From the NCBI GenBank assembly GCA_028684935.1, contig JAQUEX010000001.1, positions 1 through 53,713 of the forward strand: a DNA stretch of 53,713 nucleotides, in the 5' to 3' direction. The stretch is from Kiritimatiellia bacterium. GTDB taxonomy: Bacteria; Verrucomicrobiota; Kiritimatiellia; RFP12; UBA1067. Position numbers and translations under genes: made by a program. The notes beneath the pieces were generated by a model. The model was not told the origin of the DNA and made no database searches. It saw nothing but the letters and a program-made list of their open reading frames with translations. Of this stretch, positions 52,752 through 53,713 are shown piece by piece (positions within the stretch are counted from its first letter, which is position 1; each line of letters starts with the position of its first letter).

Positions 52752-53713
52752 ATGGCTACCAAACGCGACTATTACGACGTGCTCGGCATCGGCAAAACCG
52801 CGAGCGCCGATGAGATAAAAAAGGCCTACCGCAAGCTGGCCATGCAGTACCACCCGGACCGCAATGCCGACAATAAAGAGGCGGCCGAAAAATTCAAAGA
52901 GGTGTGCGAAGCGTACGAAGTGCTGAGCGACACCGACAAGCGCCACCGCTACGATCAGTACGGGCACGCCGGCATGAAGTCGGCCTTCGGCCCCGGCGGG
53001 TTCGACTTCGGGCGCGATTTCTCACACATGCAGGATATCGACCTGCAAGACATCCTCGGCAGCTTCTTCGGCGGCGGTTTCGGCGACATCTTCGGCGGCG
53101 GAGGCGGCCGCAGCCGCCGTTCCCGCAACCCGGACGCCGCTCAACGCGGCGACGACCTGCGCTTTGACCTCGAGATTGACCTCGAGGAGGCGATCTTCGG
53201 CTCCGAACGCGAGGTGGACCTGAACATCAATGACGCCTGCCCGACCTGCCGCGGCACCGGTGCCGCCTCCGGGTCCGCGCGCGAGACCTGCCGCCAGTGC
53301 GGCGGACACGGCGTCGTGATCGTCGGCGGCGGCTTCATCCAGATGCGCCAGACCTGCCCGGTCTGTCACGGCGAAGGCACGATCATCCGCAACCCCTGCA
53401 AGAGCTGCGGCGGCGCCGGCCGCGTCAAAACCCCGCGCCACATCGCCCTGCGCATCCCCAAGGGGGTCGAAACCGGCTCGCGCCTGCGCCTCGCCGGCAA
53501 GGGCGAGAGCGGTCTGCGCGGTGGCGAAGCCGGCGACCTCTACGTGGTGCTGCACGTGCGCGACCACGAGCTGTTCCAGCGGCAGGATGACGATTTGGCG
53601 TGCACGGTCCATGTCTCCCCCCTGCTCGCCGCGCTGGGCGGGGAGATGGAAGTCCCCACGCCCGACGGCCACGCCCGCATCCGCCTCCCGGCCGGCACGC
53701 CCAACGGCAAGGT
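52752..53713 (+). CDS. dnaJ: molecular chaperone DnaJ (3' end outside the window)
   Basis: J domain '[35 protein letters not shown]', a Gly-rich linker and CxxCxGxG zinc-finger repeats ([32 protein letters not shown]). There is no stop before 53713. Confidence 0.9.
   Translation, partial: MATKRDYYDVLGIGKTASADEIKKAYRKLAMQYHPDRNADNKEAAEKFKEVCEAYEVLSDTDKRHRYDQYGHAGMKSAFGPGGFDFGRDFSHMQDIDLQDILGSFFGGGFGDIFGGGGGRSRRSRNPDAAQRGDDLRFDLEIDLEEAIFGSEREVDLNINDACPTCRGTGAASGSARETCRQCGGHGVVIVGGGFIQMRQTCPVCHGEGTIIRNPCKSCGGAGRVKTPRHIALRIPKGVETGSRLRLAGKGESGLRGGEAGDLYVVLHVRDHELFQRQDDDLACTVHVSPLLAALGGEMEVPTPDGHARIRLPAGTPNGK

Overview
High-GC (roughly 65%) bacterial chromosomal segment. The gene content (DUF1080, DUF4838, GH127/GH43/GH51 enzymes, a stand-alone mcsA-mcsB-clpC) suggests, by inference only, a PVC-group polysaccharide degrader (Verrucomicrobiota, Kiritimatiellota or Lentisphaerota-like). 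I support about 40 protein genes, mostly on the minus strand, plus one tRNA-Leu(UAG). Housekeeping blocks are rpsP-trmD-rplS, ybeY-cstA-NDK-like, mcsA-mcsB-clpC, uvrA, dsbD, fprA, uvdE, rluD, rpsA, pgl and grpE-dnaJ. A large arabinan/L-arabinose locus is also present: two GH127 genes (one fused to GH43), GH51, araB, araD, a fucose-isomerase-family isomerase, an SSS transporter and an XylR-type regulator. Many long ORFs in the supplied track are antisense artefacts of the high GC content and were discarded. The ORF track also counts GTG/TTG as Met, so several starts were trimmed to internal ATGs. Five items deserve a second look. (1) An ORF translationally coupled to uvrA fuses a RAYT/IS200-like Y1 HUH transposase domain to a DprA-like domain. 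It sits among its own REP-like palindromes, including five perfect in-frame 30-bp tandem copies. (2) A nucleoside:H+ symporter is translationally coupled to a Zn-ribbon/wHTH/nucleoside-deoxyribosyltransferase-like protein that lacks the catalytic Glu. (3) An unannotated 47-aa peptide gene with a strong SD lies directly upstream of an HPr-kinase-like P-loop protein. (4) A 1-kb structured intergenic region contains a 260-bp MITE-like element (21-bp TIRs, 9-bp direct duplication), further inverted repeats and a 118-bp G-free tract. (5) A homopolymer frameshift and heptanucleotide tandem repeats were also found. All functional calls rest on motif recognition by eye; no searches were run.
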